Source: Lingula anatina (Eukaryota; Animalia; Brachiopoda). From it: a stretch of 64,000 bases of DNA. This document shows, in pieces, positions 38,108-51,900 of the stretch. The notes beneath the pieces are model-generated. The model saw nothing but the letters and a program-made list of their open reading frames with translations, ran no database searches and was not told the origin of the DNA. Positions within the stretch are counted from its first letter, which is position 1, and each line of letters begins with the position of its first letter. A program made the position numbers and the translations under genes. The stretch is taken from NCBI GenBank assembly GCA_051362555.1, contig CM120648.1, forward strand, positions 4,584,587-4,648,586, in the 5' to 3' direction.

Positions 38108-41100
38108 TAAGTATAATTTCACGTCATTTCAGACTGGAAGGAGTTGCTCAAAATTCCCAAAATGGCTGATTTAGCGATTATTGCAACTCCTGATCAATTG
38201 CATAAGGTGGGCAAATGATATATTGAATGCAAAAAGTGAACATTTTCTACAGACGTCCATAAATCATAATATGGTATATTTTATAGTGTGATATGTGCAA
38301 GCTTACGTTAATTAAAAAAGATATAGTAAATACCCTACAGGTACGTTACTTGTTATGCGTAATTATACTTGTTGTTGTTTGTTGGTTCAGACGTTTAGCC
38401 AGAATACATTTTCAGAAATGTAAAATCAATTGATTTAAAATGTTCTCACAGGAACCTGCCGTTGCACTAGCTAAGAATGGATATCACATTCTGGTAGAGA
38501 AACCCATGGCGGTAAGTGATACATTGCAACTTGGGCTGGTATTTGCTTTGTTCGTCCAAGATTGCAACAATACAGAACGCGTTTTGTTGTTATTAATTTC
38601 AGTATCATTTTATGGCGCTCTCAGTTAGCCCATGAAAATACCAATAAAGTTTATAGAATCTTTTCGCTTAAAACATGAATTCATGTACAATTGCAAACAA
38701 CCGTACACCAAAAAACAATTTTATGAAGACTGTCATTTTTTGTTAAGCACGACTATAAATCTAGAAAGGGGCCCCTATGTATAAAAATCTTCACTCAGTT
38801 TTCACAATCAGCGGATTTGTGGTAATTCTGAGAGAAATGTAGGCGTACTCAGATACAGTATCGCCTTTATACATTACTGAAATAGCACCCCTTTTATTTA
38901 TCAAAATTATTCAAAAATTCAGACAACGGAGCAAGACTGTATAGAGATCGTGGAGACATGTAAACAGGCCGGGGTCATGCTAGCCGTGTGTCACGTGTTA
39001 AGATACACGTTGACTGCCAGGAAAATCAAAGAAATCATCGACAGCGGAGTGATTGGAGATGTCACACACCTGCAGCTCCTGGAACCAGTGAGTTAGTTCC
39101 TAGAATGTCGTACAGTTTTAGTTTAAATTAAATTTCATTCTACATACATGTTGCACCTGTATGGTCCACATCGTTCAATTTGAAATAATATAAAAACTTA
39201 GCTTGAATTCAGATCATATACGGTTCATACATTAATCAAATCTGGAAAATGCCACTTGTTTCTTTGCTGTACATGTATAGGCCTATAACATACATTTTGT
39301 GTACCCCGGCACATGGTATATTTCATAATCCAATATTAAAGAGTTACTTTTTACACAGGTTTTTGTGCAACCTCTAAAATGCATTGTATTGTATGTTATT
39401 AAGTTATTAAAATGCCCTGTTAAATGTGCATTACACCGTGTAATGTAGGTAGGGTTTTGGCACTTTGCCCACTCCTTCGTGCGAGGTAACTGGAGGAACG
39501 AAAGCACGAGCACGTTCTCCCTATTGGCTAAATCCTGTCACGACCTTGACCTAATTATGTCTTGGATGCTGCCAGCAAAATGTGTTAGGGTTTCCTCATT
39601 TGGGAGTTGTATGCATTTTAATAGAAAAAATAAGGTGAGGAGAACCCAACTCTGCACATATTGAGATTTTTTTATATTCCTACTTATTATTTTTTTTTTC
39701 GTTTTTGCTGGTCCATTCACTTCCTGTCATTTCTCTGCAATTTTTTGGATATCACACAGTCTCAAAATTAAAAATTTGGATGAGATATTCCGAAAGTGGA
39801 ATTTGCATATTTTGTGTTATGTTCATGCTGATTAGATGCGTTTTTAAAGGTTCTTTGTTGGAGGCAAAAAACTCTCACGACTAACCTTTGCTGGCTGCAT
39901 CCAGAACTCGGTTGAACCCCATGGCATAACTCTACTTTTTTTGTTTACATCTATGGATTCTTCTAAGCCCAATTAAAACAATATTTTCAGGTAGGGTTTT
40001 GGCACTTTGCCCATTCGTATGTCCGTGGAAACTGGAGAAATGAACGCCAGAGCTCTTTCTCCTTATTGGCTAAATCCTGCCATGATCTTGACCTACTGAA
40101 TTTTTGGATGCATCCGGCAAAGGTCGCCAGGATCTCATCTATGGGGAGTCTGATCCATTTTACCAAAGAAAATAAGGTGAATGGAACCAAGCATAAACGA
40201 ATTATAATACTTAGTAACTTGGGCTTGTTTGACAGATGCTTTTCTGGTGAAAATATTTCATTCATACAAATACAGAACGCAATTACCGTAGATGGTAAGA
40301 AAACAAAATTAACCTATATGTGAACGCATTTTGTACCTATTTGTAATTAGTTCGTAACAGAAATGAGTATTGATATATATATTTTTCCAAACTTCAAGTT
40401 CAGTTAAGCTGTTTACAGGGCCTACTCGTATGGTCTACAATTAAACAAAGTGGTATATATTTCAAACTGAAAGTCTGTTAAAAGAGCAGTTTCTTCTATT
40501 TAAGTTAAGTGAATAGATCATTAGTAAAATTTCTAATATTACAACCATGTCAAATAAACCATTTATGATAATAAAATAGCATTGCACATGTATATTAATC
40601 TTATTGTCTCAACTATGCACTCAGCCTCAGGGAGCATCGTCAAGATGCATGGACTGCTCAGTAGAGAACTCGTGTCCGTATTCGGCCAAGAAACTCTACC
40701 TAGACGAAATGGTTAAACAGGTTAGTAAAAAGTCACGTTGATAATCTTCTTGGTTGAATTATTAATACATGTTGGCCATTTTCATAAAGATTATTAGATT
40801 ATGAGAGGTAGCGATTATAAGCTGAGATTTAAAAAAACTGAATGAGTCACTGTGGGTATGAGCGTGCGTGTGTGCGCGCGCGTGTGTGAGAATTGCATGC
40901 GTGCGTGTTAAAGATGTACTGGTAATAACAAATAACATTATTTCCAGGGCAACACTCGCTGGCCAGTGTCTGTCATCACTGAAGTCCCTGACATAGAAAG
41001 TGTCACCGAGGCTTTGAAGACTGGACCGTATGGGAGGTGTGTCTACGACTGTGACAACGATGTTATGTCCAACCAGGTAAGATGCACTTAAAATACAACT

Positions 41101-42544
41101 TGAACTAAGGCCCTTTTGCCTTCGGCAGTTGGTCAGATATAATAAGCCATGTGAACATGCACGCACTGGAAGGCCTATTCTATCATTTACTTATGATGAG
41201 CACGTGTGTAAGATGCATGTTTTTTTTAATGTTCTTATAACCTGTCATTAACTTCGGTTAGTTATATGGCTGTACGCGATACTTTAACTCTTATTGTTTA
41301 AGTGTTCGAATTTACTAGTACCTGACTATCGTTTGGGTTCATAAATTGCACTGTGTATTTTCAGGTTGTAAACTTCCAGTTTGATGGGGGGCAGACCGCT
41401 TCGTTTACTATGGTCGCATTCACGGAGAAGATTTGTGCCAGGCAGGTGCAAGTGTATGGAAGCAAGGTGAGGCACAGCTAACACAATCTGATGCCTATGT
41501 GTGGCTTACGGTGTGCCATTGCATGCACTCTACACTGTACACAAGACTATTGTCACTCCTACCACAATTATAATGAATTCTTATATGTAAATATCAAGAT
41601 AATAAATTGTAGAGAATGTTTCATGAACGGTACACCCTTTGATTTATTGAATTCATTAAATGCAGTTTCATAAATTTTGGCAAAATCCTCGAGGATTGCC
41701 TTTAGATAACAGACTTATTTAGTAAGGTTGAATCAAGGTTAAGGTTGACGCGTAGAGCTAAAGGATAGTATGATACCAATGTATAAATACACTTGAGACT
41801 ATATAGTAAAGCGGCCAACTTGTATAACGTCAGGGAGAGCTTCGTTGTGACTTTGACAGCCAAGTCGTCCACCACTACGACTTTCTCAGCCAAAGCACCA
41901 CCAGTCACAGCTGCGTTAACCCCAGCAATGTCCGGCTGAGAGGCCACGGCGGCGCTGACCACATGATGATGGTATCCTTGGTGGACGCCATTGCGGTAGG
42001 TTACGGACGTAGAAAATGGTGGTTATATGTAGGAATGGTTTTTAACCATTGTCTCATAATTTAAAAAAAAATGTTATGTTAATAGGTGGGACGAGACTCT
42101 TTTCGATAAATTTATGTATGGAAGAGCTGGAGGGAAGTTTGTGTTATAAGATCAAATCTTTAATTTTAAGATAAATATTGTAGGCCCTAATGGTAGATTT
42201 TGATAGTTGGTAGGAGTGGTTAAATCGTGATGTTAAGAGATGGGCCGAGTCCCTTTAAAATACATATTTTGGAGTGGTGGAGGTGGAGGGAAGTTTGTGG
42301 TATTACGTGTAAATCTATTTTTAACTTGAAGATTAACATTAAAATGTTAGATTTTGAGAGATAGCAGCCAGTTGCGTATTCTGGTTTTGCAAATAGCTCG
42401 TTTATAGCTTATGGTCGTTTGTTTCAGACCAATGATCCGTCAAAGATTCTCACCGGGTCAGAGGAAACCTTGCTCAGTCATAAACTGGTGTTTGCGGCAG
42501 AAAAGGCGAGAAAGGAAAATCGAGTTGTAGAATTCAGCGTTTGA
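36740..42544 (+). CDS. Gfo/Idh/MocA-family NAD(P)-dependent oxidoreductase (YteT-like)
   Basis: Exons 36740-36829 (VIGAGNRG), 37375-37459, 38133-38206 (IATPDQLH), 38452-38511 (EKPMA), 38923-39087, [39449-39634 or 39991-40176], 40625-40720, 40948-41076 ([14 protein letters not shown]), 41365-41466, 41834-41995 (GHGGAD), 42428-42544. Confidence 0.92.
39449..39634 (+). other. Duplicated exon 6a of the oxidoreductase
   Basis: 186 nt, phase 0-0, [17 protein letters not shown]...AKSCHDLDL...NK. Confidence 0.9.
39991..40176 (+). other. Duplicated exon 6b of the oxidoreductase
   Basis: 186 nt, phase 0-0, [17 protein letters not shown]...AKSCHDLDL...NK. Confidence 0.9.
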
Positions 42545-43604
42545 TTCTGGCATATACAAATAATAATAATGCAAATCGGCCATATGATATGACAAATCAT
42601 ATCCAAGCGATTGTACGGTAATGTGACGAACGGCAGACGAGTATTAGGGCTTAAAAATTGATTTAGAATAAAAAATGTGCCAATGTACTTTCACACTTAC
42701 CAAGTCAGATTTAAATCAGTTCTAGTCAACATACATTTTTCCTGTATAATACACAGACAGCGGCAATTTTGTTCCGTGAGATTTGACAATCATTAGGAAG
42801 TATCAATACCCTAGATTATAACTGCTGATTGTAACGAATAAAGGTATAGTCTCTTGAAATAATTACTAAGTACTATTTTGACGTTTATCCCACCAGATGA
42901 CGACAAACAAGATTCAATCAAAATCGTTTTAAATGAAATGTTAATACAGTATGTGAAGCTTTCAGAATATGGCTATCTTTGGAATTTACTCTGAACTATT
43001 TTTCAATATACAAATAATTTACCTCTCATAATTGAATGTCTCAGAGGCGATCTGACGTACTCATTGCGCTTACAAAAATAAAATAAAATGATTTAAGTTG
43101 CTTTTATTCTTGCTTTTTGAAACATCCTTGGAACGTCCCCATATCTCGATGAAATTATGGTATCGTGGGCGGATCATTTATTTATTTTTATGTACAGACA
43201 AAGATTTTTTCATTTATCTATTTATTTTGGATAGGAAATAATATTTTTTACAATTGCCATTTTTATTCAAATATACCATGTTTACAACATTGAAATTGCA
43301 TTGAATGCATAACTACAGTGACATGCAGGATCATGTATTTAGTCTCATAATGTTTGGCCTGCATGAACTTTGGTATTCCAAATGGAAATATCAGGACCCA
43401 TTACTTATACACAGTAGGCCTCCTTTTATTTTAAACATTTTTGTACTGTCACGCATTCAAATGCACTCACTAACACAACGAACGCAGTAATTAAGCGTTT
43501 AAATTACCAAAATACTAATTGAAATATTACACGTTCGGCACGTGTGATACCGGTAGGCCTAGTTTAAAAATGATGAGTTACCACGTTTAGTTATTTATCA
43601 TTAT

Positions 43605-43880
43605 CAGGGGCGGATCCAGGATCGTTTGAAAGGGGGAGGGGAATTAGGAATGACAGGCCGCGGATGCGAAGCCAACCCTCGCCTCCTTCCCCTCCCCATT
43701 GGGGTGGGGTTATTTATGGTATTTTAGAAGTCGAACGGTGCCATTTGGTACTGTTTAGAACTACTGTATGATTCAACTAGTCAAAATTCTAATTTCAAGA
43801 GGGGAGCATTGGTGGGATTTTTTTCAGAAATCGAAGGGGGGTCAGGACACCCCTGACACCCCCCCTTTAATCCGCCAATG
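43605..43880 (+). mobile_element. MITE family A copy 3
   Basis: CAGGGGCGGATCCAGG ... TTTAATCCGCCAATG ends, flanked by AT on both sides; interior homologous to copies 1 and 2. Confidence 0.75.
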
Positions 43881-44020
43881 ATTATTTACCCACTCACGGT
43901 AGGTTATAAGCCAAGATGCACGGTGCAAAAAAAGGAAACATATAATTACTTTCATTTTCTCCGGAAAATCATCAGCTAAATCTACATACAGAAGTTTCCC
44001 TCCTGATCAACTCAGCGAAA

Positions 44021-44063
<43 letters not shown>

Positions 44064-44299
44064 AAACTGTCTGAGTGTTTATATTATAAATAGCGCGTGT
44101 TGACTCCAGATTGCAACCTAATATATTTTGGGTTCAGACAAGAGTGTAGTTTGTAATTGTCATTAGCGCCATCTATCGTTAAAACTTGTGGAAGACGTGA
44201 GTGCCGTAGTGCTGCTGCATCAAAACAATTAGTGTATTTGTGTCCCAATTTGAATGGTAGCAATAGTATTTAACACGGTATTCCCAGCGATGATATAAA

Positions 44300-45878
44300 A
44301 TGTCTCTATTGACATTAAGGGGTATTGGAACTCACCAGGTTCTTTCACGGGGACTATGTCGACACACCGTTGTTTCGAGGTTGCATAAGCACTCACTTGC
44401 AGCCGCTGCCGACAGGGTAATTCTCTTTCGTAATGCAAGACTTTCTCAGGTCAGTAATATTTTTCATGTCAGCGATCCTGCTAAAATTTGTGTTTTGCAT
44501 TTACCTATTTGAATAAAATTTTGTTATTATTTGAGTAACTCTACGTGTATTAATAGTTTGTGTGTGTGTGAGTGTGTGTGTGTGTGTGTGTGTGTATGGG
44601 GGGGGGGGGGGGGGGGAGAAGGAGGGGCTGTGTGAAAGCCAGGATTCGTAGCCCACTAGTTACTGCTTCCCGTTGTACAGGTTACAATTGTCTCATAAAA
44701 TGATGTAGGTGCTCACCCTGACCTGTGCTAATCATGTTGGATACAGGACTGCCATTCCTGAGACTTCAATAACCTTGCACACTGTTTAGTAGCATGAATA
44801 AAGTCACCATCACCTTCAGTGGCAAGATTCCATGAGATGAGGTATTTTAGTCTGTTTAGAATGAAAATTTTTACCAACTTGTACAGTAACATATTTTGTA
44901 TTTATTTTGTTTTGCAGATACAAAGTCACATTTATTCAAAATGCCCATTGAATTCACGATACAGGCTTCATTGTCTCTCCACAAGAAGATATTCCACTGA
45001 AGATGAGAAGCAGAGAAAGGAATTGGAGAAAAGGCAGAAGATGGCCATGATGAGTCAGCATCTAGAGAGGAGTGATGCAGTGCGTAAAGAAATCAAAGAA
45101 ATTCGAAACGAAGTGCTCAGTAAGGAAATACTCCAAGTATGTGTTATCCAGGATGTCTTATTTAATTGTTTAAAAATTATGACAAAGTTAAATCAGAAAT
45201 GATTGTGTGTTAAAGCATGTGGTTCTGACTATATTTCTGGCATGAGCAGGGTAATAGGTTTTCTTTTATGGCACTTTGTGCTGCAATCATGCAATATGTT
45301 CCATTCAAGACTAAAACATTACTGCAACAGAGTGCATATTTTAACAGACCTTAACTTCAATAAGGAAGAGTGTTTTATTTTGATATTTTTTATGTATCAC
45401 TATAGGATAGTATTTCCGAGGTTCTTAGTGCTTATTGACATCTTTAGAAAAAATCTGTAAATATTATGTCATAGTTTACCACTGTTTATTACTAGATCTA
45501 CAAAACAAATATTTATTTGTTTGCACTCTGTTTTTCAACTTTTTCTATAAATGTTTTGAACTAGTATCATTTTGTAAGTCATGAGACGTGAGTGTATTGA
45601 ATGTTCACATCTTTACTGTTGCAGTTCAAGTACAGGTTAGTTCTGGTCTTGGTGATTGGAAGTTTACTCATAGCTTATGCAAGCTTCATGTGGCTAGAGT
45701 TAGGTAAGTATTATAAATAAGGTAGACTGGCATATAGCCAGCAATTTTGAAAGTGGGTTTCTTTCTCTGGAAAAATTCTTTGGTTGATCCAGCGTGAGAA
45801 TTGGCAAGAACCAAGATCAAATTCTGAGTAGACCTTTTCCAATCTATATAGTAGTTTTTTTTACCCCCCCCCCCCCTT

Positions 45879-45923
<45 letters not shown>

Positions 45924-48900
45924 GTAATTAAATGTAAGAATAATAATGATCTTTATTGGTCTATCATATTTTTTTACAAAAAAAAAAGAAAAAGAAAAAG
46001 AAAATCTGTGACCTAACAATAACTTGATACAATAGTAGCATAATCTAGTTATCAAAAAAAGAAAAAAAAGGCTTAAAATGCTGATATATAAATAAAACAT
46101 GCAACGTGATACTGTATGATCTCAAATTAAAATCATAATTTCTACATTGTAATGGCCTGCAGAACTTAACACCCCTGCAAATGTAGGGGGAAACTTCGAC
46201 CTGCTGGACCAAGATGGAAATCCTCGGACACTAGACGACTTTAAGGGAAACTGGTCAGTCTTCTACTTTGGCTACACCAACTGCCCGGATGTCTGTCCTG
46301 AGGAAATGGAGAAACTGAGTGCCTCAGTTAGTTTACTCAGTGAGTTCTGTTTTGGACACAGGAGAAAAGAGGAAGACATTTTGATAATTAAGAGCTCGTC
46401 CACGAGAGAACCAGCCCAGGGTGGCAAGGTGGGGGTCAGCGGATTTCAACCAAATTTGTTGTATGGAGGCATATTAGGAAGTTATTCATGAGTTAGGAAG
46501 GAATCCCAAAAATATCCTTTCTTCAGAGAATTAATGCCTATTATAAGTCATGGCTTATGTAGCCTCTTTGAGACTCCATTTTTACCTTGGAAAAATAATG
46601 ATATATTTTGTGTAAATTAAACAAAAATGGAGAAAACTAAAAAATATTAGACCTTACAAACATTAAAAACAATCATTTGGCTTGCCACAGATATATGTAG
46701 AATTCAGATAAGACCCTGCTTGGGCGAGCCACACCCATTTATAACACCCCTCCCCCCAAAGTCCAATTTTGATACTACCATCTTTAATTGCATATATCTC
46801 CATCTTCACAGGGTTTACAGCTATAAAACTGCATGAATATTTTAGGCAGATATGGATCACTCCAAATCAAGTTTCAAAAGTTACTGCTGTATAAAAACAG
46901 GTACTGAAAAATACCCCCAAAGTTGGCCATTTTTAAGGCAAAAAATCATGGTGGATTCATTCCAAGTCTATGTAGACAATGGGTTTGATTAATATATTAA
47001 ACCATTTTGCTCTACAATAATGTTACTTAATCAATAGGGCTGGTGAGCATGGAAAGTGGATGTGTACTAATGAATATCAGGTCAGTGGGTCATAGGTCAA
47101 GGTCACTGGGCTTCATATTTGTAAATTGCCATATATGGACTTTTTAATTTGTATGGACAAAAAGTTTAGAGGAAATAAATCTTAGATTCTGTTACTTTGG
47201 ATAGGCACTGGCAATTAACTTGAGAGTTTACATGATAATTTTAATATATATATATTTTTAATATCATCAATTTGGTGAATACAAATTAAAAAAGTTTAGT
47301 AGCGATTTCTTTTTGGTGCAATATTTATCATATAGAGATCAGGATATGCCATAGTATTTATGAGAGCAAAGCCAGAACAAATCTTTTTTAATTATCAAAA
47401 GGTTTTTTTAATCATCCACACCACTTTTTGGTGACTATTTATGAGCATACAGTAACTAAAAAATTATTCAATTTAGTTTATTGTTGTCTCAGATGAATAA
47501 TTACAAATAATAAAAAAATCACAAAATTGTAATACAGCAATACATGCAAAGCAGTGCAACATTAGTTGTGATCATAACAAACTATATCATAATGTAGCAA
47601 AACAAGATAATTTTCTATTCAAAAAGCAAAACTAACACAACTGCAAAATATACCCTGGTGTTATGAAACATCTTTGCAGTTTTATATCAAACATTACAGC
47701 TCATAACATCAAAGTTTTTAATACATTTTTCTTCCTGAATAGTCTGTAACCCTCCTTACTGACATTTCAATCTCCTCTTCATGCTCACAAATGCTAGGTT
47801 CTGCTGGCCTGTTTCTTGTGCCCTTCTAAACTCAGTCAGTAAAACTCCTTTACTTTATTTGAATATAGTTTCAAAGGTTTAGATGACTTTAAAGCTCATC
47901 CATTGTGTAACTCAGTGAGATATTCAAGAGGGTGGAGTTCTCTCACAGCTGATGTGCTTTAAGTTTTTCTTTAGTCAGATTGTTGGCCCACTAGACTTTA
48001 ATTTGATCAAAAGCTGTTTTTTTTGGCACATTTCATAACTGTGGTCTAAAAAAAGGACCTTACAATTACTCTTCAGTCTTGGTAGCAAAAGATTTCAGAG
48101 AAGACTTCTCTGGACAAGAAAAATTTCCTTGTTTGTGATCTTGCTTGGTATGGTTCCAGTTGGCACATTTGCCTCAGAAAAATCCAAATTAACTTTAACA
48201 TCAGTATCACTCATGTTAAAACTGCTCAAGGAAGGGAGACACCTTTTCTCATGTTGTAGGAATCAAGAAAGTTAAACTGTTGTAATTGGACACTCCAGTC
48301 CACGCAGGTTTGGAAGATGTCTGTCTAGCTGGATGTAGAAAATGGCTCCAACAGCAGAAACTAGGGCCTCATGCATCTCCTCGGCATTTGTTATATTGTG
48401 GCTTTCATTTACACATATGCCTTTCTACAACAGCCATCATTTCCACACTAGTTTCAGTTTCTGCAAGGCTTTGGACTCTTGCTGACCATAAGATCAGTGT
48501 GTGTCAAATAACACTTCTCAAATATGCCTGAAATATAAATATAGCTTAATATGTAGACACATAGAAACACTTATCTGAAAGTTAATTGATACATTGATGA
48601 AAAATAAATTATTATCCCATTTGTCCATGTTTTATAAGTAAGGCATGGTTTCGAATATTAATTATGAGGAGCCTAGCAATTTTGCCAAGACCAGCCATAG
48701 CTTCAATCTAATTCCAATTGTTACCCTTAAATTTATTTTACCCAAATACATTAAACCTACATAAATACCCACACAAAGATAGCTTAAAAGAAAATTATCA
48801 CAGGTCCTTAGGCTGCAATTTCATTATTTGAAAGGGGACATTTTTCTTTTTTAAAAATGGACCGTTTACCATTAAAAAATTACACCTAGATCATTTTTCT

Positions 48901-51900
48901 GAGTGAACTTTTTTTTCTGGCTTTTAGTCTGTATTAAAATACAAACACACCGGTTTCTTACCTGAACCAAGTGGCACCAGTAGATTCAAATGGCTTTTTG
49001 TCTACACTGACATCTGCAAGTTAATCCCATGACATATTTCGTTATAGGCTCGTTTTTCCCTGTGTGGATGGTTTCCAGCACAAACCAAGCCCATATCCCA
49101 GTGCTGGTCACATGGTGTAACCCATTCATTCTCCCAAAGATACTTGGAAATGTCATCGGAGACAAAATAATCCACACCTGACAAGAATCAGTTTGCTTTC
49201 GTAACTCACGCTGTTTTGCTCCACGTAAACGCGACGAAGATGACTGTTAATATCTCTGTTGCAATTTTTCAATACACTACATGCTTTTTTATATCTGTAC
49301 ACAGAGTATAAACCACATGATATACGACTTCGTAGAGGAAGATGTGCAAAGAAACAGTCTGCTATTTCCGCCATGTTGGATAATGACGTTGTGTTGTTCT
49401 GACGTTAGTACATTAGTTTCACATGATTTTAAAATGTGTTAGATGCTTGTTTTAACCAGAAAAAAATATAAATAGGTAAAATGAAAATAAAAAAAGTTCA
49501 ACTAACAGTGTTTTAAACCATTTGTTGAGTTGAAAGAGATAGCTGAAGTTGAGTGCACCGATATACACGTCCGGATAGATTGACGAAAAATGAAGAAATT
49601 AGGCCATGTTCTATCTGTTACAACGGACAAGTTGTAGAACAGCAGTAAGTTTTGATTTCATGTATAAATAGATTAATGAGTTATCTGTTAGTCCTGAACA
49701 AGCTTTACCCCAAAGACCTGTGAAGATGAAGATATTGTCAAAAATAGAAGGGGGGTGTTAAAAGCATGTGGTTTGTAGGCCGGAGAAAAACGCTTGGTTT
49801 GTTACCATGGAAACAAAGAGAGTGAAAAAAGTGTATATCATTTTAATCCCCTATCTTTAGGTTATAATATATCACCAAACTAAATCATTCAGTGACACCT
49901 GTATAAACTTTAAGGCCAATCAATATAACCCTGTTTTTCAGAAGAATTTTTGGTTGATAATACCCCCAAATTGTCACTGGCCATATCTCTGTAAGTAGGG
50001 ATTTTTTTCAGGAAATATTGCAGCCTCAGATATTGTTCATATAAAGGTTCAAACACACCAAATATGATGTAAATCCGTTCACCCCCACCTTGCCGCATTT
50101 TCTACATTTGGGCTGGTTTTCTCGTGGACACACACTTAACTGACTTCAACATTGAATTAAGCAATTGATAATATATACAAGTACTCTGTATGGTCAGTTT
50201 GCATTTTTTGGGGGGTGGGGGGGAGAGCAGGGTGGTTTTTAGACAAAGGGCATAAAATACCTGGTGGACAGACTGCAGTGTGCCGGGGGGGGGGGGGGGG
50301 CGCTCTACTATCTTCTGTAGGCAGTCTAACTGTAGAAATCCTGTTTATTTAACCTAATTATAATATTTAATAATAATATATTATTATAAATATATATTAT
50401 TATAATATATCATTTTTCCTCCAGGGAAGAAGGTTAGTCCTCCCACAGTAGTCCCTGTATTTGTAAGTGTGGACCCCGCACGTGACGATGTGGAACGTTT
50501 GAAAAACTATGTGAAAGGTTAGTGTGTGGTGTGCAGAGCAACTTTTTTTGGCCACTCCCCAAGATGATCTCTTAATGAATGGGGATTATGTGGTGTTTAA
50601 ATAGGTCGTTAGGGCACCTGTTTAATGGCTGTTTGAAAGTGAAGAAGTTCTTCCAGCAAAAAAATAATTAAAAGCTATGTTTATCAATCTAAATTAAAAT
50701 AATGGTTTCTTCAAACAATGGCTTAAACTCAGTGTTGCAGTGGTTTGGTCATGGCTACAAGTTTTAGCTGTCACTCAAAGAAACTGTTATGGAAACTTGA
50801 AAATAAAACAATAACATTTCATTTATTAATTTTATTTTTTTTAATGCAAAGCTTTATGATTGATAATTTGCATGACGTGGCTTAAATATAGCATATTTAA
50901 AATATTTGAACTGCCACGTAGTATTTATTAATAATCATTTGGATATTCAGTCATATAAATTGGCAGACTGAAGTAAAAAAAACTCAAGACAAAAATAGCC
51001 TCAGTTTTTTTTTTTTTTTTTTTTTTTGATGGAATACTATTAATAAAAGGCATCAAGAAAAACAATTAAAAACATCATCACAACAGGTTATAATGAAGTA
51101 CTTATTAATTCAAGTGTGGCATTTATTTGAAGATCAAGAAAGTGAATCACTTGTACTAATAGAGTCTTTTCCACGAAATCGTGAGCATGCGCAGTTTGCG
51201 CCATTTTGTGCGGGACTGTTTCTCAGGGGGAAAGAGTAGAAGGGGCCTTCGGTACTTTTGTAGTATACCCCCCCCCCCCCCCACCCTGTAACTTTCTGTA
51301 ACTTTCACTTTTCAAACAGTTTTTTACATTTTATTGTTTATCTATGTCAAAGCTGTTGAAATAAAATGCTTTTGTAATTACATGTGGACTTTTTATTAGT
51401 GTTAATCACGTTTAATCCAGCCCATTGAAATACAAAGTTAGAATCTTCAATTTACACCCGCAGTCAATAACTTGCCGCATTTTCGTTGGCAAACTCTAAG
51501 GTAATTTTATGTGAACAAGTAGCTCATAATAATTTCACAGAGGAAATCTAAGTATACAATGTATCAATTCTATGTTCACACAAAATAAGGTAGAGTTAGT
51601 CAACGAAAACGCAGCAAGTTATTGACTGCGGTTACATTGTAAATTTTCACATTGTATTTCAATGGGGTGGAGTAAACGTGATTAAAACTAATAAAAAGAC
51701 CACAGGTAATTACAAAAACATTTTATTTCAACAGCTTTGACAAAGGTGCAAAAGACACTGTAAAAAAATGTTTGAAAAATGAAGGTTTCAGGAAGTTACA
51801 GGGTGGGGGGGGGTATACTACAAAAGTACAGAATGTCCTATCTTTGCTGGCGATGAGGTACGTTTTTAGTTCTTTCATTGAAAAGTCATCAGGTACTTCT

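Noticed and set aside
36740-42544. Recent horizontal transfer of a bacterial-like oxidoreductase
   Set aside because: The gene is intron-rich with host-like composition, and this family has animal members
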